Shown here piece by piece: positions 12,321 to 25,527 of a DNA stretch of 64,000 bases (position 1 is the first letter of the stretch; every line of letters begins with the position of its first letter). The translations under genes and the position numbers were made by a program. The stretch lies in the NCBI RefSeq assembly GCF_006345805.1, contig NC_043005.1:63054001-63118000 (forward strand). Reading direction: 5' to 3'. Below the pieces are notes generated by a model. The model had not been told where the DNA came from and searched no databases. It saw only the letters and a program-made list of their open reading frames with translations. Origin of the DNA: Octopus sinensis (taxonomy: Eukaryota).

Positions 12321-14189
12321 AACTAATAGCAAAAACATAATACATGCTACCAAGTCATACTCACTTGAAAGTGACAAAATGCATGCTGTTGTATTTACAA
12401 TTACTGTTTCCTCACACCTAATTTCAACCTTTATATGTAATCCTCCGTACATGTCTTGAACAATTAAGAGACATTTTGATATTTTTTATTGGTTTTTGTG
12501 TGAAGGAAGTTCTAAGTTGATAGCTATAGGAATAACTTTACAGAGAAATAATTATATTGAGAAAGAATTTCAAGGGAGCAACAGTTTGAAAGGAAGGACT
12601 GTGTGTAGTGGTGAATCTATGACTTATTAGGTTGGATACAATAAGGATGACAGAAGTGGGAGATAAATGAGTTGAGAGTGTATGAGACCAGATATATCCA
12701 AGGAGCAGAGTCCTCAGTAGTTGTGATAGAAAAAGTAGAAAGGTGAGACAACATGTATGTTAACCAAAGTTTGAAATGTATTGGTGGATGACTTCGTGCT
12801 TATCAGTTAGTCTTTCTACAGTTGTGGTCTAGGATTTTTATGAGTATGTGTGAGTGGTAGCAGCACCATCCTACCTGAGGGTGGGGTATTCCATTGAGAG
12901 TATCACCTGAGCTTTATTGAAAGTTATTAGTTGTTGAAACTGAAGTTGCCATTTCCCATCACAAACCAAATTTAAGAATAAAACGTTGTTTACACTGCTA
13001 ACATCATAATAAACTTAATTTTATCTATGAAATTCTAATTACATCATAATTCCATTAAGCAAGTTACGTACTCTGACCTAGTCTATTCACTTCTTTAGTA
13101 ATACATTTTAACTACAGACTATGCTCAACATAGGTTAGTAATTGGTTCCAAGACGTAACTTAACTGGAAAAATGACATTACATGGAAAAGAAAACATTTA
13201 AAAAAATTTGTTAGTGTATATTTGTTTTAATTAAGGGTTTGAACATATTTTCCCATGTAATATATTTGATTTTTTCATTTCAGCATTGGTTTTTAAGTGA
13301 TCTTTAATTTTATGCTTTTAAATATGATTGGCAAAACCAATGTAAAAATCAAGATAAATCAACTGAAATTCAAGTCCTCATTTTTTTCCATTAACTTCTT
13401 TAAAACAAAACACAAAAATAAAACGTCATAGTAGATAAAGATGTTACTCAAAATAATATAAGCTGAGGTATACCTGTCTTGAGAGTTTCAGAACTTGGTT
13501 ATTTTTGTTTTTAACAGCCTATTGTACATGAACCATAATGTTCTATCTTCATCATATAATATTTCATGTAATGTCACTTGTTAACAGCATCATTATCTTA
13601 TTCTTATTCAGGTAAACGGCATTTTTTCAAAAATATCTAAGTGCACTTCAGTTATTCCAGTTTTGTCTTCCTATTTATTTCTTGAGCTGAGAATGCATGC
13701 AGTATTTCATACAAGCAATCAATGTCTATTTTCCCTTTATTCATATTTAGCAGCTATGAATTACCCTTTATTATCGTTAGTAAATGAAGTGTTGATGAAG
13801 CTAACTGTTGTAATGTTTCCATTATACTCAAAGTGGTTCAGTTTCATGAGATTAATCAAATAAGAGATAAACACCCAACAATATTTATCCAAGAGAAATA
13901 ATATCTGAAGAGGATTATGTGTACATTTTGAATAGCTAAATGAAATGAGGCACTCAAGATTTAGCATAATATACTGTGTACACATAAATGGGATTAGGAA
14001 ATTTGCTATGCAACCATATGATTCTAGGTTCAATTCCACTGCACAACACTGTAGACAAGTGTCTTCTACCATAACCTCAGGTTAACAAAAGCCTTGTACC
14101 ATCTGAATGAAATTTGACTAACACATGAACACACACACATATCAAGGTCACCAGCCCCCATCCACATGCACATACACGCTTTCACATAC

Positions 14190-14486
14190 ACAAGCACACG
14201 CACCTTCGTTTTGGGATCACCACTACTTTATTATCTCCCCTTCTTCCTAGCTCTCCTGTGTGACCCCTCTGTTTGGCATTTGCTATGATAGATCGCTAGC
14301 CATTAAACCTTTTTTCATTTTCTTTCTCTGTTTATTTCTGTGTTCCTTTCTGTTGAAGAGCATAGGTTCAAAACATAAAAGGCTTTCTCATTTCCCGAGC
14401 ATTAAACTAATACATCTGTTTGTTGTTTACACACCCATCTTTGCCTTTTGTTTTTTTGTAAATTCTCACTATATATTTATATATAT
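14190..14486 (+). mobile_element. Non-coding PLE-end-like dispersed repeat
   Basis: GAAGAGCATAGGTTCAAAACATAAAAGG...TAATACATCTGTTTG...AATTCTCACTATATA. A homologous inverted copy lies at ~62350-62600. Confidence 0.6.
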
Positions 14487-16228
14487 GCTTCAGGTGGTAT
14501 TTCATCGGGGCCTGCTGCCTTTCCCAACTTAAGGAACTTGATGGCTTTGATAATCTCAGCCTTGGTTAGTGGGTTGTTGATGTCTAGGAGCTTGGTCGGT
14601 TGTGGGATGTCTGGTGGGACTGATGGTGCAGGTCTGTTTAGTGTTCCTTAAAGTGCTCTGCCCATCGTGCTCTCTGTTCTTCTTCACCTGGGATAATGCT
14701 TCCATTCTTGTCTTTGACTGGACTGCTAGGGTTGCTAACTTCTCCAGAGAGTGTTCTGGTGATCTCATACAGTCTCTTCATGTTCCTTTGGACTGCTGCA
14801 GTCTCTGCCTCTTCAGTCAGCTTCTCAATGAAATTTCTCTTGTCCTTCCTTGCACTTGTCTTCACATCCTGGTTTTCCTCCTGGTAATGTGCTTGTAGTT
14901 TTTGCTTCTGTTCTTGATCTTGTGTCTGGCTGGTCTTTCAGTTGTTTTCTCTCTGTGGCCAGTTTCCATGTCTCCTTGTTAACCACTCCTTGCATTTACT
15001 CATCTTCTTCCCCAGGACTTTTGTGCATGTTGTCCTCCAGACCTCACTCAGACTGTACTACTGTTCTTCTATTGTTTCCTTTGGTAATTGTGAAAGTGCA
15101 CTAAACTTATTCTTCAGTTCAACTTTGAAACTTTCTGGTATTTCTTTCTCTTATAGGTTGTGTACATCGTACTTGTGTGATGGTCTTCCTGCCTAGTTGT
15201 TGTAGGCTTTCAACTTTGTCCTGAAAACTGCCACTACCAGGTGGTGATCTGATGCTACATCAGCTCCGCACTTCACCCTGATCTCATGCAGGCTTCTTCG
15301 CCACTTTCTGTCAATGGTGATGTGGTCAATCTGGTTCTCAGTCTGGCCATAAGGGGAAACCCATGTTGTCTTGTGGATTTTTTTGTAGAGAAAGACTGTA
15401 CCTCCTATGACTAGGTCGTTGAAGGAGTAAAATTCTGTAAAAAGTTCGCCATTTTGTTCTCTGATGTCATGTCTGCCATGAACCGTTCTCTGTCTTTGTT
15501 GTCTGTTCCCACTTTTGCATTCAGGTCTCCCATAAGGATCTTCGGGTCTCCCTTTGGCGTTTTATCCATAACAGGTTGGGGTTGCTCATAGAACTCTTCT
15601 TTGTCCACTATATTGGCTGCATATGTGGGTGCATAGCACTGTAAGATGGTAACTTACTTACCCTTTGAGTTAAATCTTGCAGTCAGGATCCTTGGCGACA
15701 CTGGTTCCCAGGACAGCATTACTTGTATCACTTCAGGTGTTATCCACAGTGCTACTCTGTCTGTGTGTGGCTGGCCTTCTTCCTGTCCAGAGTAGATGAT
15801 GGTGTTGCCCCTTGTGAGCCCTGTACATCCTGTTCCCATCTATCTTGTCTCACACAAACCAAGTATCTTCAGATTGTAACTGTTCATCTCTCCACACACA
15901 CGTGCACTTCTTTCTGCCTCATATAGGGTTCGGGTGTTCCTGGTCCCTATCCTGATTTCGGTCTTGGTCGTCAGAAGAGTTGTCAGTGCACTGGCTTCAT
16001 GAAGGCTTTCATCAGCTTGCATCATGGTCTATACCAGAGAGGACTCTTCCATGACCACGTCATTTGAGAGTGCTATTGCAGTTTCTGTAACAGGTATGTT
16101 TTTTTACTAGACCAGGTTGTTAGCCCAATGCTAAACCCCCAACCTGGAGGGCCAGTTGAGTACTCTTCAACCTGTCTGGCTTGGGTGGTCCTACCAGGAA
16201 GCAAATCTTCTACCAGCATAGCTCTCAA
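14487..16228 (-). mobile_element. RTE-clade LINE, 5' UTR plus APE endonuclease and linker, frameshifted
   Basis: RIGTRNTRTL, LGLCETR, WEPVSPRILTARF, QCYAPT, MGDLNAKVG, NQIDHI, SDHHLV, RWAEHF, ending at AAGPDEIPPEA. 5' UTR has CCTCCAGGTTGGGGGTTTAGCATTGGGCTAACAACC. Confidence 0.95.
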
Positions 16229-16249
16229 CCAATGACAAGATTGTACTCA

Positions 16250-16460
16250 CCTGCATGCAGGCATCAATGCAATACCACCTGAAGCATTGAAGGCAGACAT
16301 TCAGACTTCAACTGAGATGCTGTACTCTCTCCTGAAGAAGTTCTGGGAACAGGAGAGAGTGCCAGAAAACTGAAAGGAAGGACACCTGGTAATGCTGCCT
16401 AAGAAAGGGGACCTATCATCCTGTAATAACTGGGGGAATCATACTGTTAACCATCCCAGG
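16250..16460 (+). mobile_element. RTE RT N-terminal fragment, opposite orientation to the adjacent piece
   Basis: GINAIPPEALKADIQTSTEMLYSLLKKFWEQERVPEN*KEGHLVMLPKKGDLSSCNNW. Confidence 0.9.
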
Positions 16461-16799
16461 GTAAGTTTCAGACAATACTGATGCTGCCCAGTCATAACCA
16501 TAGTCCTATGACTGAAACCAGTTAAAGAATGTAAAAATAATATGAATTCTCTTGGGCATTGAGTGGGTGGGTAATAAAAAATTTATGTTTGCCCTCAATT
16601 TCATGGTGTAAAGAAAATTGCCGAAAATTCCTCACCTGAATAATTTATCAGTCAATAATGTAACATTTCCAAATAGTTTATAGTCATTCAGAATAGCTGA
16701 ACTTTTTTTGTATTAACTTAGTCGAAAAGGAGCATAACCACAGGCTGTAGATATTTTCATTTAAACTAATGGCATTGAACTTTAAAATAAAATAATTTA

Positions 16800-17480
16800 T
16801 ATCCAACATAAGTAGATTTTAATGCATCTGAACTTCTTCAGGTTGAAACATGCAGGGAAATAATGCACAAAGGAGTTCCAGTGTGCTGTAGTTCTAGAGA
16901 GAAAAGTTTGAATAATGTATTTAGTTTAAGGCTTGACAGGTGAGATTCAGTAAAGACAGGAGTAGGCCACATTGGCTGAAGTTGGTGGAAACAGTACAAA
17001 CATGCTAATTCATAGAATATAGAAACATTGCAAAATGTTAGGAGAGTACAACACATAGTTGTTGCAACATGTTGATGAATGAAGGTATTAATAAATTTTT
17101 AAATCTAAAATACTTGTTTGTGTATGTAGTTGCTGCCCTGTTTCAAAGTATGTAAATAGTATTCTACTCTGGGTTGTACTTGCACCTTGCAGATAGCCAA
17201 CAACTGTTCAAAACAGAAGTATTTTCTATTTGTGAAGAGAAAATTTAATTTTTGAGATGGTGTTTTTGTCTGTTACTGATGTATGGACACCAAGTGCAGT
17301 ATTGCCTGTAATTTTTCTTGATATGGGATAAGAATGACAATTTGATGGTGTTGAATGTCACACAGTTATCATGTGCCTATGAGAGGATGCTTTCAATATC
17401 TCTGTTCATTTGATTGGGGTATGTTTAGCATGAGGTGTCTAGGGACAAGTTATCAATGAGATAATGTAGAATAGTTTTCG
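16800..17480 (-). mobile_element. Decayed CR1-like LINE RT C-terminal part
   Basis: Minus strand gives MNRDIESILS*AHDNCVTFN, CKVQVQPRVEY and FLSRTTAHWNS, matching the CR1/L2 layout. Confidence 0.55.
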
Positions 17481-17503
17481 GTCCAAAAATAAAATCAACA
17501 ATC

Positions 17504-17760
17504 TATGACGTCAGATCTATAAGTATCTGTACTGTTGCAATAGTGACAAAACTGAAGCACAGAGAGTAAAGCCACTTGACACAGATTGACCTTGAACTCT
17601 GCTGTGCAGGCTCACTAAGTTTTAATGTTCTAGCTGTTCAACGCAACGTGTGATCGCCGCATTGACCATGATAGAGAAAGTTGAGTTGAGAATCTGCATC
17701 AAATTTTGCCAAAAGCTTGGTGATACCTGATCAGTGGCCTATGCAAAGTTTCAGAAAGTT
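17504..17760 (+). mobile_element. Mariner 5' end (TIR, UTR, start of transposase)
   Basis: TIR-like TATGACGTCAGATCTATAAGTATC; reads MIEKVELRICIKFCQKLG. Confidence 0.75.
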
Positions 17761-17779
17761 TCCATTGTTCTCAACACAA

Positions 17780-18339
17780 TCAAGATCTTGTGCAACAGAA
17801 ACCCAAGTGTGTTTTTGGTCAACTGAAAACAGTTTTGGCACAAACTTCGCAAACTGATAATGGACTGAACTGAACAGTAACTTGTCTGCACATCCTCTGA
17901 TAACTCACAGATGTGATTTGATGATTTCCTCTCACAGCTGCATACACATCTGCAATGTTTTTATCAGTTCTGCTGGTTGCACGTCTACTAGAACATATGT
18001 CAATATTGACATTTTTTCACCATCTTGGAGACGTCTGAACCACTCATACACTTGTGTGCAGCTCATACACTCCTCTCCACACACATTCTGGAAATTTTCA
18101 TAAGCCTCTGAGCAGGTACCACCATGACAACTTTCTCTGTCATGATCAATACAATGATCACACACTACATACCTTCTTTCCAAGCACTGCTGTAAACAGC
18201 AGAAGTGAGCTACAACTTTAAAACTTAATAAGCCTGCACAGCAGAGTTCAAGGTCAATCTCTACCAAGTGGCTTTACTCTGTGCGCTTTAGCCTCCTTAA
18301 TATGATAACAGTCTGGATACTTATTGATCAGACTTCGTA
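17780..18339 (-). mobile_element. Mariner 5' part with HTH-coding region
   Basis: TIR TACGAAGTCTGATCAATAAGTATCC on the minus strand. ORF 17932-18267 includes CSEAYENFQNVCGEECMSCTQVYEWFRRLQDG. Confidence 0.85.
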
Positions 18340-19017
18340 TAAACAACAGATTTGACTGTGGCTCACTAACAGCTAATCCAACATCTCATTCATGTTACCA
18401 TCTTCCTTTTAAAAAAATGTTCTACTCAAAAAAAAAAAGATTTTGAACTGAAAATCCATTACTTCAAGACTCAGCTCCTGACTAATCAGCCAAGTTGTTT
18501 TTGCAAAAGCACATAATTGAACTAATAAATAATGAGATAAGTTAGATAGGATTTGCTGAAAAAAGGTAATTAATTATAAGAATTTATAGAGAGCAAAATA
18601 GGATTGGAAGCATCAAATCAGGTAGAGATAACACTTGTTGCTAGCTTAAGTAATCAGATTATGCATGAGAATCTGTCTGAATTATTGGTGTTACAACTGC
18701 ATAAGTAGCTTCAAAGGAAAGACAAAAGAAGAAAAATGACATTCATAAGAATTTTATTAAAGCAGCAAGAAGTGTGATAATCATTACTTATCTAAACATT
18801 ATATCACAGTTTTCCAGATGGTAAAAGATATGTGTTCAAATAGAATAATATTGGATATATTTAAAAGCTGGTAGACATAAAACATGAAAACAAATAGTCT
18901 ATACATTTAATTTTGCTAACAATCTTAAAAAAAAAATTATATTTGTATTTGCCATAAGAGTAAGGTAGTCAGTAAGTTGTGTTTAACAACCTGTACTCTC
19001 CATTATTAAGTTACTGA

Positions 19018-19215
19018 GTAAGGTGACAAGCTGGCAAAATCGTTTGCATGCCGGGCAAAATGCTTAGTGGTATTTTGTCTGTCTTCGTGTTTGGAGTTCA
19101 AATTCTGCCAGGGCTGACTTTGCCTTTCATCCTTTCGGGGTTGATAGATTAAGTACCAGTTATGCACTGGAGTCGATGTAATTGACTTAACTCCTTCACT
19201 GAAATTTGAAGCCTT
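19018..19215 (+). mobile_element. Short octopus SINE (TGGCAGAATCGTTAGC.../GAGTTCAAATTC family)
   Basis: GAGTTCAAATTCTGCC...GACTTTGCCTTTCATCCTTTCGGGGTTGAT core, shared by about eight copies in the window. Confidence 0.85.
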
Positions 19216-20316
19216 GTTATTAAGTTACTGGCTCAGTTTTTATATTTGGCACTGAAGTCACTTATCTTTATGAAACTATGCATTAAACTCACTCATCTCT
19301 ATGGGAGTGCCTGGATTGAGATTGTGCATTTCAAAGATTCTGAAATTCAAGAATAATAGCAAGATCTCTGAGCTCATGCATTACAGCTTGTCTCCATAAA
19401 AACTCTGTGGGTCTTTTCCAGGATCATAGAATATAATATCAGGCAGGCTGTGAACTCTTTCACATCATATAGAGCATCTGAACTATAAGGTAATAAACTA
19501 CATTAGTGATCACTAAGTCCAAGACTATTATAATCAGGATAGAAATATTCTGTAGAGAAAGCTTCTATAAAGCATAATTTAGAGAAATTTAGATTTTTAT
19601 GTAGTCAGTGAGTGTAAGCTTATCATTTGAGTTAGTGTCTTATTTGTGACATTCAAAAGAAAGACATACACTTATTCCTTCAGATCCAGAGTTAGAATTT
19701 ATTCTACCTTCATTTCTCAAACTGTCTGGAAACTGAAGGTTAATAAAATTGACAACTTTCTTTTCAGTTGGAGTACTGCTGAAATTGAATGCATGTATAA
19801 AGGTAAGAAATTTGCTCTGCAACTATATGGTTTTAGTTCTGATCTCACTGCATTGCATCTTAGGAAAGTGTCTTTTAGTATAAATTCAAGTTGACCAAAG
19901 CGTTCAGAATGAAAATTCCTAAAACGATACTGTGGATGCCAGTCAGAGTGGCTGTTCCCATTTGTGAGCCTCACAACTTGGTCCTTGTATTGTTAGCTGA
20001 GTATCTTTTGTTACAAGACTTTAGATCAGGTATCTAATTGGAGAATGACTTTCTTCAGTCAGTCTGCCATTCTTCAAGGCCCTGAAAAAAAAAGGCATGT
20101 GTTCTGATTTTTTCTCATCTGATTAAGTCATGTAAAAAAAGAAAAACAGTATTGCAAAAGATTGAGAAATGTTACTTGTTCTTGGCCAACAAATAAACAT
20201 CTTGATGTAGTCCTTCAAAATGTTAAGGAAAATGGCAAAATTCTATCCACATGTAGGAATATAAACAAAATAAATACTAAAACGATTCCAGCTACAGAAA
20301 AGTTCACCACTCTTAC

Positions 20317-20322
20317 CATCAC
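20317..20322 (-). CDS. Candidate 6-nt microexon GTGATG (phase 1-1)
   Basis: About 30-nt pyrimidine tract ending ttcaccag, donor ATG|gtaaga, TGC motif upstream of the tract. Confidence 0.3.
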
Positions 20323-21479
20323 CTGGTGAAGGTAGAAGAATGAAACAAAGATAAAGCATTTATGAAGTGTCAAGTTGCTTAAAATAGTAACCAATTTAAA
20401 TCAAAACAGAACCAAAACAACACTGATAGGAACACACTTAAGAGACAGTGTTAAAAGATTTACAACTGTTAACAATGGTGAAGATGAATAAGTATTAGAT
20501 GAATTAGCATGTAATATTTAGTGAATGAAATAACAGAAATAAGACATATCAGCAAATGTGTACGCAAATATAGAGGCCAGTATTAGCAGAATGGGAAGAT
20601 GATTGACTGGAAGAATTTGTACAACTTATATGTTCTCTTAATACAATTCAGAATCTTTTCTGCATGGCAGCTGAGCAAAAGAGTTTAGCAAAATGTATAT
20701 GATAGACTCCATTGTGCAATGACTGCAGGAATGATTATCCCCCTTGTGTGCTTTAGCTCTAGAAAATATACTCCATTTAAGACAGAATTAAATTTTCCTT
20801 TAATACTGGAAAATATAGTTAGCTTTATCCTAGAACTCTTGCCCTCTCTTTAATTAATTTTATCTCTCTCTCTCTCACCTTTCTCTCTATATTACCAATT
20901 TGTTTCCTAATTAGCTTTTTTCATTCTAATACCTTACTTTTTCTCAGCTTTTCTTTTTTACTGATATAAACATAAAACCAATATAAATTTGATTTGGTTT
21001 ACTATTTATGAAACATAATTTCTTTGATGATGCTGAAATAACAGCGGCCATGTTGAAAGAACATGAATAAAACTATTTGTGCGAGTATGTGTGTGCGTGT
21101 GGATACATACACATATACATATATATTTTTTTATTGTACTTGAAGTAAATTTGAACATTTAGTGTACGTTTAAGTTCAAATTTTCAGTTTTATGAATTTT
21201 TACTGCTTTCCATAATTTTTGTTTCCTTAGCAAGTCTTTGCATGGACGTGTACAATAGAGAATTGATAATTTTCTCTTCAAATAAAAAGAGAACAAGATA
21301 TGAGAAATTTGACAAATTGATGAAGAAATTAATAATGATATAGTCAATCAGGTTTTGCCATTTGCAAAAGTTTCTATTTGAAATACTTCCCTTAGATAAT
21401 GAAGGCAAAAAACACACAAAAACTAAGAGTATGCCACTGGCTCAGTTATGTTTAATGACAAATAACCAATTATCCTAAA

Positions 21480-22300
21480 TTTTAACATAATTTCCTTCAA
21501 AATAGTCACCTTGCACAGTAATTCACCAGTCCCAGCATTCTTGTCACTCTTGAAATCTGGCCTGCAAGTTATTTTCCATAAGTGAGTCAAGGACCCTCCA
21601 TGATTCTGTCTTGATTTTGACAATGATGTTAAAACTGCAACCTTTGAGCTGCATTTTCATCTTGGGGAAGAGATGGACGTCTGCAAATACTACATCTGGC
21701 AAATAGGGTGGGTAGGGAAGTGATACCATATGGTGAGGAACTCATGAGTGAGAAGTGCTCGGTGAAAAGGTGCATTGTCATTATAAAGAAACCAATTCTC
21801 CATGCTCCAGAGATCCAGTTGTTTTCACTGAATTTCCTCCCTCAAACACTTCAAAACATCATTGATTGTCTTCCAACGATGCTCATGCACATACTGATGA
21901 GTTTTCTCCACATTTTCAGGGTTGATGCTCATGGCAGGTCTTCAAGATTGCTCATCATCTTCCAGGGAGGTTCTTCCAATTTTGAAGTGCCCATGCCACT
22001 TGCAAAATTGCATACAACCTGTTGCCTCATTGCTGTAAGATTGCTGAAGTATGCTCAATATCTCTGTAGCAGACTTCCCAATTTCATGTTAGCTCTTTGT
22101 TCCAACTTCCTGCCCATGACAAAAATCACAGACTACAGCATACACATGATCACAAGAACACAAATCTTACAACTTGCAAAGTAAACACAGCAATGCTACT
22201 TGGCACACTGCCTCATGAAAGTCACTGCTAACTGTTACTGTGCTGCCATCTGTTAGTGCACTACAAAACTAGTTTGGAAACTTTTTGATAGAACCTTGTA
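21480..22300 (-). mobile_element. Internally deleted mariner transposon
   Basis: 5' TIR TACAAGGTTCTATCAAAAAGTTTCC ends at 22300. ORF 21544-21729 reads LPYPPYLPDVVFADVHLFPKMKMQLKG (YSPDL motif). Confidence 0.85.
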
Positions 22301-22438
22301 TTCTTAATTATGAATATTATGCTGATCTAAATTTATTTGTAACATTCTGTATGTAAAATTCCTTCTCAAATGACCAAGCAATCTGTACAGACTATACTAT
22401 GCTGAAGAGATCTAACAGAACACCAAAATATTATCCAT

Positions 22439-22786
22439 ACTAGCAGTATTGCCTGGCGTTGCTCGGGTTTGTTTCGACCCTTTAGAATTGGAATTTTTGA
22501 AAAGTAAAAATTTTGCATTATGTAGCTTGTTATTCTCTTTAAGTGAAAATTTTTCCGAAAAATGGCGACACAGCAGTAAAAAAAGCACCTTTTTGATGTA
22601 AATAATTTTTGGTCCTAACATGGTCTGATTTGAATTTTTTCTTCTACGGAAGAAAGAGCAAGCATTCTTCTATCATACTCTCAATTTTGGTCAACTTGTA
22701 CCACAGGGTCTCAGAGGAGATAGTGTTAGTTGATGGCTACCAAACCTGCCATACACAGACAACTTCAGCTTTATATATATAGAGAT
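22439..22786 (+). mobile_element. Non-autonomous Helitron/Helentron-type (HINE-like) element
   Basis: Starts ACTAGCAGTATTGCCTGGCGTTGCTCGGG and ends CAGCTTTATATATATAGAGAT, typical HINE termini. Confidence 0.65.
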
Positions 22787-23885
22787 TTGTCATTTCTGTG
22801 TAAAAGAAGCTCAAACTTCCCTTTCTAGAATGTAAATTTAAGTCTGAGAGAATTTATTTTTTGAAATTATTTCCTCTTTTCTTTGAGAGTCACTAAAATT
22901 ATCCATAGGTTTTTATTTCTGTTTTCCAGCTAAGAAGAAAATTTTCAATAACATTCAATACACTTCACCGTCACACATTTTCTGGTAATTTAATTATGCA
23001 AAACGTTTCTCTTGCTGATCCAGAAACACATCAATAAATATTATGAATTCAGCTGGTGTTCAAAAGACTCTATGCAAAATTAAGCTTCAGTGGCTTGCTT
23101 AAAAATAATATATGCAAACATTTTATGCTAAAATTCTTCATTCTAATTCAAGATTTGAAGCCTCAATGTGTCTAACATCGGTGATATGGAGCTGTGCCCC
23201 CTCTAAAGGTGTCTCAAAGGAGCACAGTATAACCTATGAATTTAAAAGATGGCAAAATATAGCCCTTGTGACATAATCATTTAAAACTCTAGTCACCCAT
23301 AGAGCAATTTGTTCTAACATTCTATGAAACATGGCAATTGTTAGTAAAATTCATCAGGTAAAAGCAACATGGTGGAAACAGTTTATTTAGGAGAAATAAT
23401 TAAAAAAAAAGATTTGTAAAAGACTAAGTAAAAGTCTGAATGATGATGATGTGTAAGTGGTGAGGTAATATCTCACAATACTGAGCATGTGTCTAACCCA
23501 AGCAAGCATAGAACAACAGATGTTAAAAAGAATGATGATGATATATAGAGAAAAGAAGTTTTATTGACATTTTTATTAACCATATTTTAATATAAAAACT
23601 AAGCTACACTTTCTAGAAAAAAATGAAATATAAAATAGCTATAATGCTTAACATGTCTATATGTAAAAAAAAATTAATTCAAACTAGTATTACTATTGGA
23701 ATTCTATTCTTTTTCTAGAAGAATGAATCATTCCTATGAAAAGAAATAATGTGTTGTCAAAAAATATTGATGGGAAGACAAAAGTTTAGCCTTCTGGCCA
23801 TGACTGTACTTAATGTAAAAAAATAAACCATCTTCTAAAATGTATATTTTCTACTGGGGAATAAGTATCGATTCCCAGTAGTAAA

Positions 23886-23921
<36 letters not shown>
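23886..23921. repeat. (TA)n microsatellite
   Basis: Direct reading. Confidence 0.95.
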
Positions 23922-23924
<3 letters not shown>

Positions 23925-24331
23925 TACACATTTTCTCTCGATTAAACCAAAAAGAATACATACACACTAGTATATAACAACTGGAGTGAGAGGCATTTTA
24001 CACATATATTTAGATAATCATAGATGCATAAAGAGAAATACACTCATGAATCTAAAAATGGAAATTACAATGCATATCCTTTGAAATCAAGCCCAATAAT
24101 TACATTTTATCAATAATCTTGTTTTTATGTTTCAAAAGAAAGTTTTTAACTTTATAAACCAGTAGTTCATGATTTCAGATGTTCTAAATATATATAAATT
24201 TTATACTGCCATATTCATTATCCTGAAGTAATCAATATTAATTTGCTTTAATGAGATAATTAAACACATTTATATAAGAAATACAGTTACACATGCACAC
24301 ACAGAGAAAATCATATTAAAGCATTTGATAC

Positions 24332-24371
24332 ACATCCACACACACACACACACACACCACACACACACACA

Positions 24372-24402
<31 letters not shown>

Positions 24403-24403
24403 C
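24332..24403. repeat. Interrupted (CA)n microsatellite
   Basis: Direct reading. Confidence 0.95.
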
Positions 24404-24628
24404 AAATGCACATGTGACCAAGGATAAATTGTCTTATATACTATATTGTTATATAGCTTTAGTTAATGATACTTAGTGAATAATATGTGCTGGCACCAAC
24501 TATTCTGCTGTGTAATTTTGCTTGAAAAGCAGATTGTTTATGAAAATATCAGGATGACCCAAGCTTGCCATCTTCATGCTCTTAACTCCAACATACAGAG
24601 AAGCATAAAATATATCAACAACGATTCG

Positions 24629-24835
24629 GCTAACTTTTCAACCAGGGGTCCACATGACCCTTGAAGGTCCATGTAAGACTTTGTTGTTAGAATTTATGTG
24701 CAATAAATTGGTTATACTTCTAAAGGCACAAACTATTTTGACAATTTTATTTTATACAATCCCTAAAATATTATAGGATTATTTTAAACATCAAATAGCT
24801 GTAGAGTTAGGCAAAAAAACGGTTGAGAACCACTG
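24629..24835. mobile_element. hAT-type MITE
   Basis: Right TIR GGTTGAGAACCACTG; degenerate left TIR ...TTTTCAACCAGGGGTCC. Confidence 0.6.
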
Positions 24836-25527
24836 CTTTAAACCATTACACAGAAAAATGCACAAATGATGTCATATTTAAATTCTTCTGTAAAATTGTC
24901 TTAACTGAAATTGTTTGAGGGAGTATTTCAGTATTATTATCATTATCATTGTTTCTACATATTTCTATTCTGACATGGCTTGCATGAGACTTAAGAAGGT
25001 CGGCAATAGGAAAAGCATTTGGTCATACAAAATCCATCTTAATTTTTCGAGTAAAGTATTTTTATTCCACTGGTCTAAGCTCATCACTGAACAATGAGAT
25101 ATTTGTTTAGTGAAGAGCATAGATGTCACTAACTGTTGCTCAAACGATGTTAATGAAGACATGTGCAATGACCACACATACATGTACACTGAGCTCTCAT
25201 ACACTTTCTGCCCATCAGTTCCACTCACAAAGCTATAATAGAAGACACTTGCCTTAAATACCTCACAATGATACTGAGCCTGAAATCACAAGATTTTAAA
25301 GCAAATTCTGTTACCAAACAGCCATGCCCACATCTTTAAAGAAATAATTTAAGAATTCTGTAAAAAAACAAAGAATTAGCATGCCCCATGAGATCCAAGT
25401 TAATAGATAAATTTCATATTTAATGTTATCTTTCCAACTCTTGCAGTCTACTATTAAGTTAGAATCATATTTAAATTTCAATAATACCCAGTTATTATAA
25501 TATTAATTTATAAAACATTCAAGTGAG

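Noticed and set aside
16026-16228. Possible HDV-like ribozyme in the RTE 5' UTR
   Set aside because: RTE 5' ends can carry one, but I could not build the nested double pseudoknot here and the extreme 5' end appears truncated.
16850-16950. Plus-strand exon-like segment VETCREIMHKG... with good splice sites
   Set aside because: Lies antisense within the decayed CR1 remnant.
19640-20090. Cluster of short ORFs and splice-like sites on both strands
   Set aside because: Mutually incompatible frames with many stops. More like an unrecognised decayed repeat.
21708-22184. 158-aa plus-strand ORF
   Set aside because: Antisense reading of the mariner transposase on the minus strand.
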